From Pocillopora damicornis (lineage: Eukaryota): a DNA stretch of 64,000 nucleotides. This document shows positions 23,801 through 34,400 of this stretch, one piece after another (the stretch's first letter is position 1; each line of letters starts with the position of its first letter). The position numbers were made by a program, and so were the translations under genes. A model generated the notes under the pieces. The model saw only the letters and a list, made by a program, of their open reading frames with translations, searched no databases and was not told the origin of the DNA. The stretch covers positions 310,001 through 374,000 of the forward strand of contig NW_020846122.1 of the NCBI RefSeq assembly GCF_003704095.1, in the 5' to 3' direction.

Positions 23801-24777
23801 CAGAACGTTATATCACAACATAACTAATTTTGCTTCACAAACTTGGAAGGTAATTTTAGGATTTTTAAGGTGACGAAGAGGAACAAGTTGATACATCGGA
23901 CTTAAAATTATGAAGTTAACTTAGGTCACACGTAAATCAAACTTTTCTTCACACTTTCCTAACGACAAAGCAGAACTATAAGTTATGTTGCATGATCTGG
24001 GTATGAAGTACAAAGTCGAAGTTTTAAGCAGGACTAAGAAAATTATTATTGTACTCTCTTTTGCAAAACGATTTGATACATGATACTTATTTTTGAAAAT
24101 AAGTAAATTAGGGCTTGAATATTTTGATACTGTCGAGAGAGAGAGAGAGAGAGAGAGAGAAAAGATATTGTCTTGTTACCGTAAACGTGGTTGCCCGGAA
24201 GAAATCACGCAAGAAAGTTTTAATCAGAAATCAAAATGATATACGAGTTTGTTGTTTTAATTTTTGTTTTCTAAAGCTGGTCAATTTTATCAAATATTTC
24301 ACCTGCATTTCTTGGGTTTCGCTGCAGCTGTCTTTCATCTTCCATTAACAATTTGTCCAGTATCTTGTGGCAAAGTTTCGGCTTGTCGCATGAAACACCA
24401 TAACAATGAAAACCGCGCGAAAGTATCGCCAGTTCGCACGCATCATCTCTACAACATATATCCACACAGTCCTCTAAACCCGTCACGTTTCCAAACTTGC
24501 GGAAATTAAACGAGTTCCTTTTTGCGGTCGATTGCTCTCCCGTGCACGAGTTCGACTGGAGATCGTTGGCCTCTGAGTAAAAATAAAAACAAACGATTGG
24601 AAACATGAAACAAAGTTGGATCTTAACGTAAAGAGCGAAATCCCTTGATGATCACGATTGTATCGAGGTAGTTACAAACAGCGATTCTTTACCGTGGCAT
24701 ACGGTGCATACTGCAAGGAGCCCCAAAATGAAAACATGTGTCCGAAAGCCGTAAGCATGTTGTGTGAATTCCAACAT
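3254..24777 (-). CDS. Giant adhesion-GPCR-like (HRM-GAIN-GPS) protein with three MANEC-like modules, a ~2080-aa low-complexity ectodomain and a single visible TM helix; multi-exon gene, about 3130 aa
   Basis: Phase-consistent GT-AG exon chain: 24777-24693, 24572-24303, 21821-21513, 20994-14761, 14503-14243, 13619-13311, 13188-13135, 12688-12587, 12464-12370, 11630-11442, 10788-10720, 10557-10446, 9762-9634, 9063-8991, 8886-8784, 8438-8392, 7961-7835, 7665-7559, 7228-<7185 (runs into gap), 5802-5516, 5364-5227, 5024-4950, 4181-4069, 3314-3254 (TAG). The GPS motif CVFWD...WSSRGC...[13 protein letters not shown] is unmistakable. Confidence 0.88.
3398..3883. mobile_element. Nested foldback MITE (outer palindromic family around an inner element 3541-3739)
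   Basis: The arms gattccatgttgccgtgcctctg..taactaggatatca..taattgcagttaaa..cacttatgtccagaaatgca are mirrored at the right end. The outer family recurs at about 9380-9570 and 62670-62900. Confidence 0.75.
6037..6249. mobile_element. MITE with TIRs GAGGGTCTCAATGGGG/CCCCATTGGGACCCTC and flanking direct repeat AGACAT
   Basis: TIRs and the 6-bp direct repeat (6031-6036, 6250-6255) are visible; internal ttacggctaacggttaa repeats; partial related copy at about 2370-2490. Confidence 0.8.
6685..7184. other. Assembly gap (500 N) interrupting the first post-TM exon of the GAIN gene; other gaps at 10602-10711, 27385-27573 and 46863-46962
   Basis: Runs of N. Confidence 1.
7303..7514. mobile_element. About 210-bp TTAA/CCCTT-ended MITE (piggyBac-like non-autonomous family)
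   Basis: Ends taacccttt...gaggattaa; close inverted relative at 9098-9308 and related elements at 8548-8759, 52431-52630 and 54712-54925. Confidence 0.65.
7559..7665 (-). CDS. Transmembrane helix exon directly after the GPS
   Basis: [36 protein letters not shown]; the next exon continues [14 protein letters not shown] (positive-inside, polar). Confidence 0.85.
7835..11630 (-). CDS. GAIN domain including GPS autoproteolysis motif (8 exons)
   Basis: [13 protein letters not shown]; [17 protein letters not shown]; [17 protein letters not shown]; FKSLPYLLP; [19 protein letters not shown]; PKCVFWDY; [17 protein letters not shown]|SNFAVLM. Confidence 0.93.
8078..8200 (+). mobile_element. Degenerate tRNA-derived SINE fragment
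   Basis: tggcagagtg..gcgctggactcaggatcgag..gggctcgaacctggacc..cagtgcctct..gttataaatggg, with A/B-box-like head. Confidence 0.45.
8548..8759. mobile_element. piggyBac-like MITE copy
   Basis: Reverse complement of the 52431-52630 element; ends gggggttaaaagggataa. Confidence 0.6.
9098..9308. mobile_element. piggyBac-like MITE copy
   Basis: taaccttt...gggggttaaagagttaa; inverted relative of 7303-7514. Confidence 0.65.
11755..12092. repeat. Foldback repeat built from the ttatcaactcagttgataa / ccgacgcagcaccacagtttctttagaaact family
   Basis: Terminal inverted arms (aagaaactgtggtgctgcgtcggtgggag / ctcccaccgacgc..gcagcaccacagttt) and nested internal palindromes; a single-arm relative lies at 39194-39351. 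Confidence 0.75.
12370..12688 (-). CDS. Hormone-receptor (HRM/HormR) domain, two exons
   Basis: [32 protein letters not shown]|[22 protein letters not shown] matches the C..W..T..G......CP....G...R.C....W..PD.S.C pattern of adhesion GPCR HRM domains. Confidence 0.88.
13311..13619 (-). CDS. MANEC/PAN-like cysteine module 3
   Basis: [67 protein letters not shown]; 309-nt phase 1-1 exon. Confidence 0.85.
13690..13872 (+). mobile_element. tRNA-derived SINE-like repeat
   Basis: A box tagctcagtggtagagc and B-box-like gttcgaatc followed by tail tttctttgtcc..cgtgaaaa; the tail recurs at about 13020-13093. Confidence 0.55.
14243..14503 (-). CDS. Thr/Pro-rich mucin-like stalk exon
   Basis: [21 protein letters not shown]...[18 protein letters not shown]; phase 1-1. 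Confidence 0.8.
14761..20994 (-). CDS. Giant 6234-nt exon encoding a ~2078-aa intrinsically disordered extracellular region
   Basis: Lies within the 2114-aa ORF 14729-21073; acceptor tctcag at 20995, donor G|gtagag at 14760. Contains Ser-Gly repeats, a Lys-rich block, a His/Asp/Glu-rich block and a Tyr/Trp/Asn/Gln/Pro-rich block, with no Cys. Confidence 0.92.
21513..21821 (-). CDS. MANEC/PAN-like cysteine module 2 (degenerate; not in ORF track)
   Basis: Open 309-nt phase 1-1 exon: ...PRCPKRF...[29 protein letters not shown]... Confidence 0.8.
24135..24160. repeat. (GA)n microsatellite
   Basis: About 13 GA units. Confidence 0.9.
24303..24572 (-). CDS. MANEC/PAN-like cysteine module 1
   Basis: [45 protein letters not shown], with C-x3-CC-x4-C spacing; phase 1-1 exon. 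Confidence 0.8.
24693..24777 (-). CDS. Exon 1 of GAIN-domain gene: signal peptide
   Basis: Reads [28 protein letters not shown] with a hydrophobic core. Its phase-1 donor G|gtaaag joins in frame to exon 24572. Confidence 0.75.
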
Positions 24778-25037
24778 AGAGCATTTGTGTGTTGTAACAA
24801 TGATACCGGTCAGGCGCTGAAGTCATACAAGCGAAACCAGCCTTCCTTTTAACCAACACCAATACTTCGCTTCACCATTGCAATTTTCAATCCACGTTAG
24901 AAACAAAAAGCCAGTGTTATGGTCAAATTTCGCTGAAACGCGACACGATTTTCGATTCTCTCGAATTAACTCCCGCGCTCGAATCCACAGTAAAAGCATT
25001 ACGTAAGTTTCGAGTTATTTTTAAATCGTGACAATTG

Positions 25038-25064
25038 TTTTATAAATTCAACCAATCAGGGCGG
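25038..25064 (-). promoter_or_regulatory. Candidate core promoter of the GAIN-domain gene (GC box, CCAAT, TATAAAA)
   Basis: GGGCGG 25059-25064, CCAAT 25052-25056 and minus-strand TATAAAA 25044-25038, about 260 nt upstream of ATG 24777. Confidence 0.4.
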
Positions 25065-27929
25065 TTCATTTTTATTTGCTTCACGCCCACTGGCTTAACC
25101 CTTTTCAGGTGGAAACATTTTTATCAGATCAGCTAATGAAAGAAAATCTTCGGACTTCTTTTAGCGCAATATTCAAATGTTCACAGCATTTCATAAGAAA
25201 TTTAATACCGATTCAAGTAGACTGTCGAAATATTTTGTCACCCATTAGATTTTACCAAAAAAATTTTAACCCAAACGTTTAAATGCATTTCCTCGCTTCA
25301 CCGAAGACAGAAAATAAATTACTCATTTCAATGTGATAGTTGCGATCTGCGTTCGATGAATGTGTTCTGGATCAGTGGTTGCCTGTTTCTCGTTCAGTGG
25401 AGCCCAAAAAAATAATATTGTTTTGAATACGCAAATAAATGGTTGTCGAACAAATATCATGATAGCTGGATAAATCTTTTGAATAGAGGATAACAAAAAA
25501 TAAATTTCATATCGAACGAGCAATTTCATGGCTGTGAAGCTCGACATAATGACAGTTGGGCAATCTTTTGAATAGAAGACACACAAACTATATCGCATTT
25601 AATTACTTTACCAAGCTCTCCTTTCCCAAGCGGGATAGATAGTGAAATATGACAGGTCCTAAAGGCAAAGGAACAAATATTTAAACAAGACTTGACGGAC
25701 ATATTTTTTGATTACTTCCATTGGCCAGACGACTGAGAATAAACTCATTTGCGTCTGTGGTTTGAATCTCCGCGACTAACTCAGATCTTTTTGTAGTCCG
25801 ATTCTCGTAACAAATAGATGACTCCTCTTAATTAAGTACATTGAGTCTAAATTTTCTTTCTCCCGAACAGGGTCTTGATTGAAAGTTTCTATCAGTCTCA
25901 AACCGCCAAGTCGATCAACCACTTCCCCCACCCACCCCTTCACAGGGCGCCTGTTGCGCAGATGAAACTGTAACTGACATTTTGATTGATGGATGAAATT
26001 AAAATGATTTTTTTCCTTGTCAACCAGTAGCCCTCATATAAAAATGTGTCTAGTCAACCGAGTCAACAATAGTAATGAGAATAAACGTCCCTGGCATTCA
26101 GAATTTCTGTGAACTTTAATTTCCATACTAATCTTAAGGCCTACGCTTAAAAAAACCTTCAAAATTCAATTCATGAAAGGGTTGAAAAAGTCGCACCAGT
26201 TTTGTCGCTTTTAAAATTCGTAAAATCGAGGTATTTATATAATATTTTTATAATCGGAAACCACTCAAATCTCACCGGAAGTTGTCAAAGAGTACAATCT
26301 TTCCACTTCATTTATTTATCATTAATGAACAATATTCAAAGTGAAGATTCCATGGAGACAAAAGCTTCCTTCAAAGTATTCTACAATGTTCTGTAGAATA
26401 TTTACCTTTCTGCGCTTTCCGTTTATGCATAATTACTTTCCGCCTTCAGAGAGTCTGAAATCAAAGAAAAGACAGAAGCGGTGTTTCATTCCATCGCTCG
26501 ATATCAGCCCTGGTTATAGAACACCTCAGTATTTATTTAAATCGAGTGACCGTAGATCGTCGAAAAGAGGCTAAAGAACCGGAGCACATCTCGAAAAGGT
26601 AGAGCGGGGATATTATTAACCAGCTGGTCGCTGACTTCACCACTGTGTTTACGGTGCAATTTGCACGTGGCGCAACGTTCTCTCTTGGAAGCATATCCTT
26701 GATTCAGATCTTTTTCGCTTCTATTCAGCATGTTTATGACATGTGACTCAGATGCAGCCGTATTTATATTGAACGTGTCATTAACAAGCACGTTTTGCCT
26801 TCGTCGCGAGTGTAAAAGCCTGAAGCCCGCCGTTGTGCTGCTTTTAGCCGTAAGTGATTGGTGCGCTGTTGTTGTGAGATCTTTTTATCGACTTTCTCGC
26901 GATAAAGACTTGTGGTTTGTTACCTCCTGCATCTGTGAACAACCTCAAGTTCTGCTTCAAACAGGTAACTACGTCTGATATTTATCTCATCTTTACTTTC
27001 AAGTAACTGTCTGGAAGTTTCGTTTTCGTCTTAGAGATTCAAAAACGGTACACGTACAGTTATGGTTTAAAGGACAAAAGCCCTTCTTTGTTATGTCTTA
27101 ACAAAACAAAGGAAAAATAAACATTCAAGATATTTGAATAACGCGGAAAAAATCTTTCCGGTTTTCAGTCGAAGTTTCGACGTACAGAAGATAAATTTTC
27201 TCATTAGCCATCGGGCAAAAACCCCCTCTGACTTGAATTCCACGTCAATGGTTGTACCCCAACAAAAAAGAAAAGGACTTACAGAGAATAGAAAAGAAAT
27301 TACCAAAATTTACTCATTTGTTGGCTTTCAATACCTTGTGACGTAGTCAAGGTGACAAAGAAGGCTGTCTCTATTATGCATGGANNNNNNNNNNNNNNNN
27401 NNNNNNNNNNNNNNNNNNNNNNNNNNNNNNNNNNNNNNNNNNNNNNNNNNNNNNNNNNNNNNNNNNNNNNNNNNNNNNNNNNNNNNNNNNNNNNNNNNNN
27501 NNNNNNNNNNNNNNNNNNNNNNNNNNNNNNNNNNNNNNNNNNNNNNNNNNNNNNNNNNNNNNNNNNNNNNNNNCCCCAGGTATTTTCGTGCTGAACGTAG
27601 TCGTCCTTATATTAAACAATGACCTCACAGAAACGGGGCACTTCATTAAACGCAGTTCTTACGTTCATCTTCTTCTCTTCAATTCGGCTTCAATCATTCT
27701 GGCAAATTCAATAACACGCGTGATAACACAAGCTATTGGTGATGTTGAGGGAGCCCTGGAGTCGAGTTATGTGTTTGGTACGTTTCTCCTTGGCGTTTAT
27801 AGAACAGTATTTCTCTTCTTGGACTCGCTTTATTTTACGTACGTGATCATCGGAGACAAGAGTAACATATGCATGCACAAATTAAGACTCGAGGAAAAGA
27901 CAGTCATCACCATTATCTAAGATCACAGA

Positions 27930-28106
27930 AGCCTGTTCCAGGAGTTCAGTTAGTAAAACGAAGCGCGGTAGTGGAAAAAAGAGGGAGTTTGGAACTGGTC
28001 GCGTAATGAACGACTCGACCCAAGCCCCTCCCTCCCGTTTTGGCTCGGCCGCTACTATCGCGCCGTTTACACTCCGGTTTATTCGCGGAAGGCCGGGAAC
28101 AGGCCA
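27930..28106. mobile_element. Small MITE with AGCCTGTTCCAGG / CCGGGAACAGGCC inverted termini
   Basis: Imperfect 13-bp TIRs around a GC-richer interior. Confidence 0.5.
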
Positions 28107-31100
28107 CGCTCAAGGAAATTTGAAATACTTGAACTCAATTTGCTGTGATCTTTGAAATCTAATGGCGACCTACCCGAGGAAATAATTATGGGAAAGAGAG
28201 GTTAATTTGGCAGCCAAAAGATACGTACAGGTCTAGATCTGTGGTCACTAGAGGATGCAATGAGATTATGTTGGCTCGAGTGGCTGTTGTGCCGAACTCC
28301 CTCGGCGCGGATATTAACTAGCACGTTGAGTGTTACTGCCTCTTTCTTTATTTTTTCAATGTTCCTTCCATCCATGCGCTTTTGAGTATTTTTATAGAAA
28401 AAGCGCAATATAAGTATTAAATATTATTATTATTATAAAAATTATCATTATCGTTATTAGTACTATGATTTCAATTATAATTGTCATTAGTTTTATTGTA
28501 GTTTCTTCAATTTCCGTTTTTAATTTCTTAGCATAACAAGGTGTAATGTTGGGTAACTACAATAATTAGGAAAAGGCTTAGCACGCTTTCTAAATTTTCT
28601 CTTCTCTCTCTCTCTCTCATTTATCCCCTTCCTCCCCCTCTCCCGTCAATGTTTCCCGGTGTTGGTGTTAAACAAATGATCACCACCAGGTAACATTGTT
28701 GGGGGGGAAGGGCTGACTTTCAAATAACTTTTTAGATAGGAATTACAGGATTTTTTTATTATATTGAATGGTGGATTGTCGAGCACTTAAAAAGGGGAGC
28801 GTGCCTATTACTTTTGCCATACATTGTAGTCTACCATTAAATTTCTGAATGGTAATCCCGCATTTGATATAAAGTCAAAGAGACTGACTAAGAACTTGTC
28901 AAATGATATCTGGACGACTTCGAAAACATTTTCTCAAAAATGTTTACCATGTAATGAAAAACATGGAATGGGGGAATGTCCAGCATATATTTTGAGGGAA
29001 AGTGAGACTACTTTTTCGTGGAAATAACCGTATCTGAAGCTTCCTCTGACTCGGTTGGATTTAAAAATAATTGGAAAGATGATGACTTTTGAACTCAGTC
29101 ATAAAACGTAGCAAGATGTTCTTCGTCTTACAACGACCATAAGAATCGAGTCTCCACCTTTATGGCGGATAGCGCGCCCCGAAGCTCTAAGATGAGTTTG
29201 GCCCTGAGAAGGTTCATATGCGTTCATACGCGTCTTTCTTGCAGCCAGGAGACAGCAAAGTTGAAGGCGTCAAATGAGTGACGAGACGAATAATCACATA
29301 TTTCTTCGTTAGCTGTCACTTGAAAACGATGGAGGAAACAAGGGAATTCAAAGTGGGTTAGCTTTGTTAATGTGATCAATAAACAAAATGGTATATCAAA
29401 CATTGTTCAGTTGCAGTTTTCATACGTTGCTTTCTGCCTTTTTCTTGCATGCTTCCACCCACCCTCTCCTACGCCCCACAGCTTAACCTATGTCTGGCTG
29501 TACGCCACACTGCGACAGATATGCAATTTGCAAAGTCGAAAACATAACAGTCTGTAACTCTAACCAAGAAACGAGGTTAAAAAAAAATAAACAACGGTCA
29601 AAGTTTGCGAGTCTGTTCTGTGTTTATTACGTAACAAAGAAAGGAAACAGAAACTAATATGTATTCAACATGATACCGAGAACTCATCAGTTTTCTTAAC
29701 AAACAGCCCTGAAACTCAACCGAAAGCTCGTAGTTAAGGCAGCCTCTTTGACCGCAAGTTACCTCACAGTATTAGCAAAAAAGTTTCCCAGAAGTATTTT
29801 CTCATCCGCAATTTGCAATCCGTGTACATCGTCTCCAGTTTAACCTTTCTTTCTCCTTCGTACCACTGATCAAACTTTTCAGTGCTCCCCTACGACAGCA
29901 TGAATAGAAAATCTGAAAAAAGAAAGGAGACGCGTTACACGAGAATAGGACAGGCGTGACATCGCTTCAACCTGCTAGTTGCAGAAGCTGGTAGTTCAGT
30001 GCTGAACAGAGTCTTCGGAGGACGCCTCTGATCAAAGATACAAAATCCAGTGAAATGAACAGCGCGAGAGAGCATAAGTGTTACGCTATCTTGGCATTAC
30101 TCAAGCTACAGAATTTATCTCTAGTTAAATTGAAACATCAAGGCAATTTTTTAAGAAGTCATAATCCGCCACTACGCTCAGTCGATGCTTTAACTATAGC
30201 ATTGGGCGGCCTAAAATTATACAGGTATAATTACTCCGACCCTCTGTTTTACAAGTCGTCAAAACCATTAAACATATCGTTACTCGGTTTCTTCAAAATA
30301 ATGACCTAATTCGAATAGTGGTAGGTCGACTTTGTAATACGAGTTCGACTTCCATTTGTTTCTAAGCTCCCATGAGCGGAAATAGCTTACATGGTGCTTA
30401 CTTCTGACATTTAGAACCTTGTTTTGACATTCTTAGCAAACAAAACAAAAACCGACAACTAGAGCAAGGTTTGATGCAATCCACAGTAAAAGTTGTACTT
30501 TCTACAGAGAAATGGTTCAATGCTAAGTGCACCTTCAGATAGGAAGGGATATTTTTATAAATTATATGACAAACCACAAAATGCTTCTGATAAGCAGCTC
30601 GTTTTACCATCAAAACTGCTCCGTTTTCTTATGAAAAATTCCAACATTGCGATTGTCATGGAACAAACCGATAGCATAGGCTAATGGCATTCGAAATTAT
30701 GCGCTTTCGGTGGGTAAGACAACATACTATTTACGACTCTTGTGGCATATTAATTTTCATTGCTTTTACATCATCTGATTCAACTAAATTATTCCTTCGT
30801 AGAGAGTAAATAAGTTTTTTTTTCACTATTAAGTTGCTGGAATAATTTGCGTAGTTTTCCTAGCCTAGGATTTAGAGAAGTTGAAATTATTTCAATCCGA
30901 TTAACGGTCGACCGAAACTTATGAAATGTGCAAAAGTAAGTATCCTTTACAGTCATACATTTGCATTTAATTGAAATGTGATGAAAATAAAAGTTTGAGT
31001 TCTTTAACACAATTATCTCTTATTTTAGAAGTAGAGCACAATATTGGCTTGTGAGAATTTACTGCAACGATGGGGCAAAAGGCCAAGTTAAGAAAAAAAA

Positions 31101-31220
31101 ATCATGTTTTTTCCTGTCTACCTTTCAATCTTTGGAAGCTTATAATCATTATCGATCAACGCTGGGTGCAAAACTAGCCAGAATAAACAAACTTAAAATT
31201 AACCATAAATGAGCTGTCCC

Positions 31221-31416
31221 TTTAACTCAACAGTAATCCTCACAAAATCAATACATTAGTTGCTTCACTCAGTAAGAGAACGGAAGTTTGATTGCTTTGT
31301 AACACCCATTTAGAAACCTTTAACTCAACAGTAATCCTCACAAAGTCAATACATTACTTGCTTCACTCGGTAAGAGGGCGGAAGTTTGATCGCTTTGTAA
31401 CGCCCATTTAGAAACG
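31221..31416. repeat. 98-bp direct tandem duplication
   Basis: tttaactcaacagtaatcctcacaaa...catttagaaac at 31221 and again at 31319, with a few substitutions. Confidence 0.9.
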
Positions 31417-34400
31417 TTTGCGTCTCTTGGAGTCAATTTTGTAGTATGACACTGAGTCACCTCCCTTACATAACCACAAAATAGCGGTAGCAAACGTAAA
31501 AGAGGGTTGGTACTGGGAAAAGCCAAGGAAAATTAATGCTAAATGAAGACGGAGAAACATAACAAATGGAAACATTGATAATGACACATGTAAGTTTATC
31601 TTTTTTCCATATCCACAATCTATGACAACGCTTCCGTAAGTCTGTTCCATACAAACGTATATAGGATTGAACAAATTCAATTCTTCTTATATTTAAATGG
31701 TTATACTCGTTAATTCTAAATTGAATCATGTAATTGTGAACAGATGGATATAGTTCGTGATATTTATCAAATTCTGCCTAGCATGTGTAGATGACTTAGC
31801 AAACAAATGTATCGCTAGAGTTTATGTTTCACAAGGTCAAGTGGTTTTACTATAACCTTTTATTGACTTTCGCTAATTGCGATATTAGTTTTTACGGCAG
31901 AGGGATTTTCTGTGCTCTTTTGAGTACCAGGTCAACGCTACCCAAGGGGAACACGAAACTGTGGGTGCTCAAGAGAGAAGAGAGAAGAGAAGACGCAGAG
32001 GATATCTACCATTTCCCTTTGGAATGTAATTAAGTTTCAACGCTTTTTCTTGGGAGCAAGAAAAAAAAGCATCACTCCTTAATTCTCATTTTCGTATTCT
32101 TCTTTAGTTGTTTAGGAATTTTGGGTCATCCTCGGTTAGAGGACCTGTTGCGTTAGTGAGTGACGTGGAACTAAAAAAAGCCACAATAAAGAGCTTAAGA
32201 TAATAACAGTCGCAATGATAAGTTCACAGTCTCTTCCACCCAGGTGAACCGGAGTTTTACTACTTGAAATCCCATTACTGCCACGATTGACCTTAACAAA
32301 AAACCTTGATAATTCCAAACGATTTTGAAAACAATTTGCGCAGATTGGAATGCATATGGAATGTAACAGGTTTAGAGTTAAAATTATAACTATTGACAAA
32401 TTCCAAACGTACATAAATCATATGGATTACATTGCTGGAAAATTTATTCTTGCGCGTTTACTACGAAACAATTGTTTCCATGTTTTAACATATTTCTTTG
32501 CATTTTTCTGGCACAGTTAATAACTAAAATGAAAAAGTTAAGTTAAGTTAACGCTACATTTGAGAACTTCGAAATTCGGCACTTTAATTTTAACGCTGAC
32601 CGAAACTTTCTAACCTGCTACAACAAAGTCAGCTCTGATATTCCTTGGGACCTAAGGGACAATGAAGTTAGTTATGGATCATAAACACAAACTCAATTAT
32701 CAAACCATTCACTCTTGAGAATTGACTGCTACAACTACAAAAGGAAGTATGATTATGTAAATCCTGTTGGTCTTAAAAAAGATCTGACAAGGCTAAAAAT
32801 ATTTGTGAGAATACGTCACGAATGAACATAATCTGATGACACTTCAGAGCGAAAACTGATTTAGCTGATTTCACATTTTCTCGGACAGCCTTGTAAACAG
32901 TTAAAAAAATAGTACAAATTTATATCGAATTGACTAATTGAGTTTACTCGAAGTGATGGACATTTATGATATTTATATCTGTTCCCAATCAACAGGATTT
33001 GACTCCTATCACCTCTGAATGGTGCAAAATTCCTCACGTTGGTTAATGATAATTACAAAACCAAAAACAAGGAGCGAAAAGTCGTACCTGCATCAAAGAT
33101 ATGCGTACTTGTTAATACAAAATTTCAAAATTTTGAAGTAGAACACAATTTTGGAAAAAAAATGGACTTAACGTAAAGTTTTCTTTTGTCTAGGAACTAC
33201 TCCATTGCTGGAAAATTTTTGTTGGGACAGAATGTATCGTGATTGACCAGGGTTAAAAAGAAATAAAAAGGCAGAATAGGATTAACACCTTCTGCTATCA
33301 AAACATTTGATCCCGGATATTATCGTCTGCTATACGAAACTGCCATTGTCTATGAACCAGATGCCATTGAGTAACCATTTGGGTGTTAATGGAAAACAAG
33401 AAAAGCATATTCTATTACGTTCCCCTAATAGAAAGGCAACAAGAGAAAATGAGGGTGAGCGAATTGGCACTTGGTTATTCAACATTACTAAACGTGAAAT
33501 TGCAAAATCTTTCTGTCTGATTGAGTCAGGTCTGAAATTCTTTTAGTTTCCTTGTAAGGTGCAAACTTGGCGTTCCACAGAAAACAAGGGCAGAATGATA
33601 AGACTAAAAGCCGAAATATAAAAAACGCTACGAGCAAGGCAGAACCACGCTTATTTTCTGCAGATAAGACCGAATTAAAGTTCTTCTAACAGAGTGGAAT
33701 GAGGAAAAATTGAGTTATCATAGGTTATTTGAAGCAAGCCCATGAAAGAACAAAAATTAGATAATTCTATCCACCGGGATGTACCGAACAATCACCTCTT
33801 TCACCACAAGACCACTGTTAACACTACACTAGAGGAAACGTCCAATTATAAAGGATGGTTCTTCTCATTATAACGTGATGCCAAACTTTGAAATCTACAA
33901 CGAATTACAAGACCTAGAATTGCTCCGGTGAACTCGGACTTTAATGAGTAACGCACACAGTACCCATCTGATTAACGCGGTTCTTTCCTTCGCGATGTTT
34001 AACGATCATTTGACGAATTTGCACAAAATATCGTGATTTGTCATGGTCACTGGCGAGCTTATGAAGTGTTTGGCTAAGAGAAAGGAGAGTAGCATACAAT
34101 TGATCCGCGAGACACGAATAAACAACTTTACTCGATTCCCAACTCCGAATGCATTTCTAGTGTTCTGATTGGCTCATTCAATTGCGGTTATCAGATCATA
34201 TACCAAATCACATTATATGGAAAGTAATTTAATCAAGTGTTGCTAAGCTGCATTTTTGGCGGGAAGCAAGGGAGGAAGAAAGCAATGGAAACAAGTAGAT
34301 GCTTTACCAATGAACGCTCTACCAGAACCTTTAGTTACAAAAGCTCACCTTTGAAGTCTGCTCGAGTAGCCTTAATAGTCGTCTCTTCCGTTCACGCGCT

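Noticed and set aside
26537-27920. Possible small gene (84-110 aa ORFs)
   Set aside because: No consistent frame across candidate exons and no recognisable motif.
31221-31416. CRISPR-like array
   Set aside because: Simple two-copy tandem duplication without spacers, in a eukaryotic context.
32833-32870. CTGATGA...GAAA hammerhead-like string (similar at about 1324-1350)
   Set aside because: Stem II and stem III pairing cannot be formed convincingly; likely chance.
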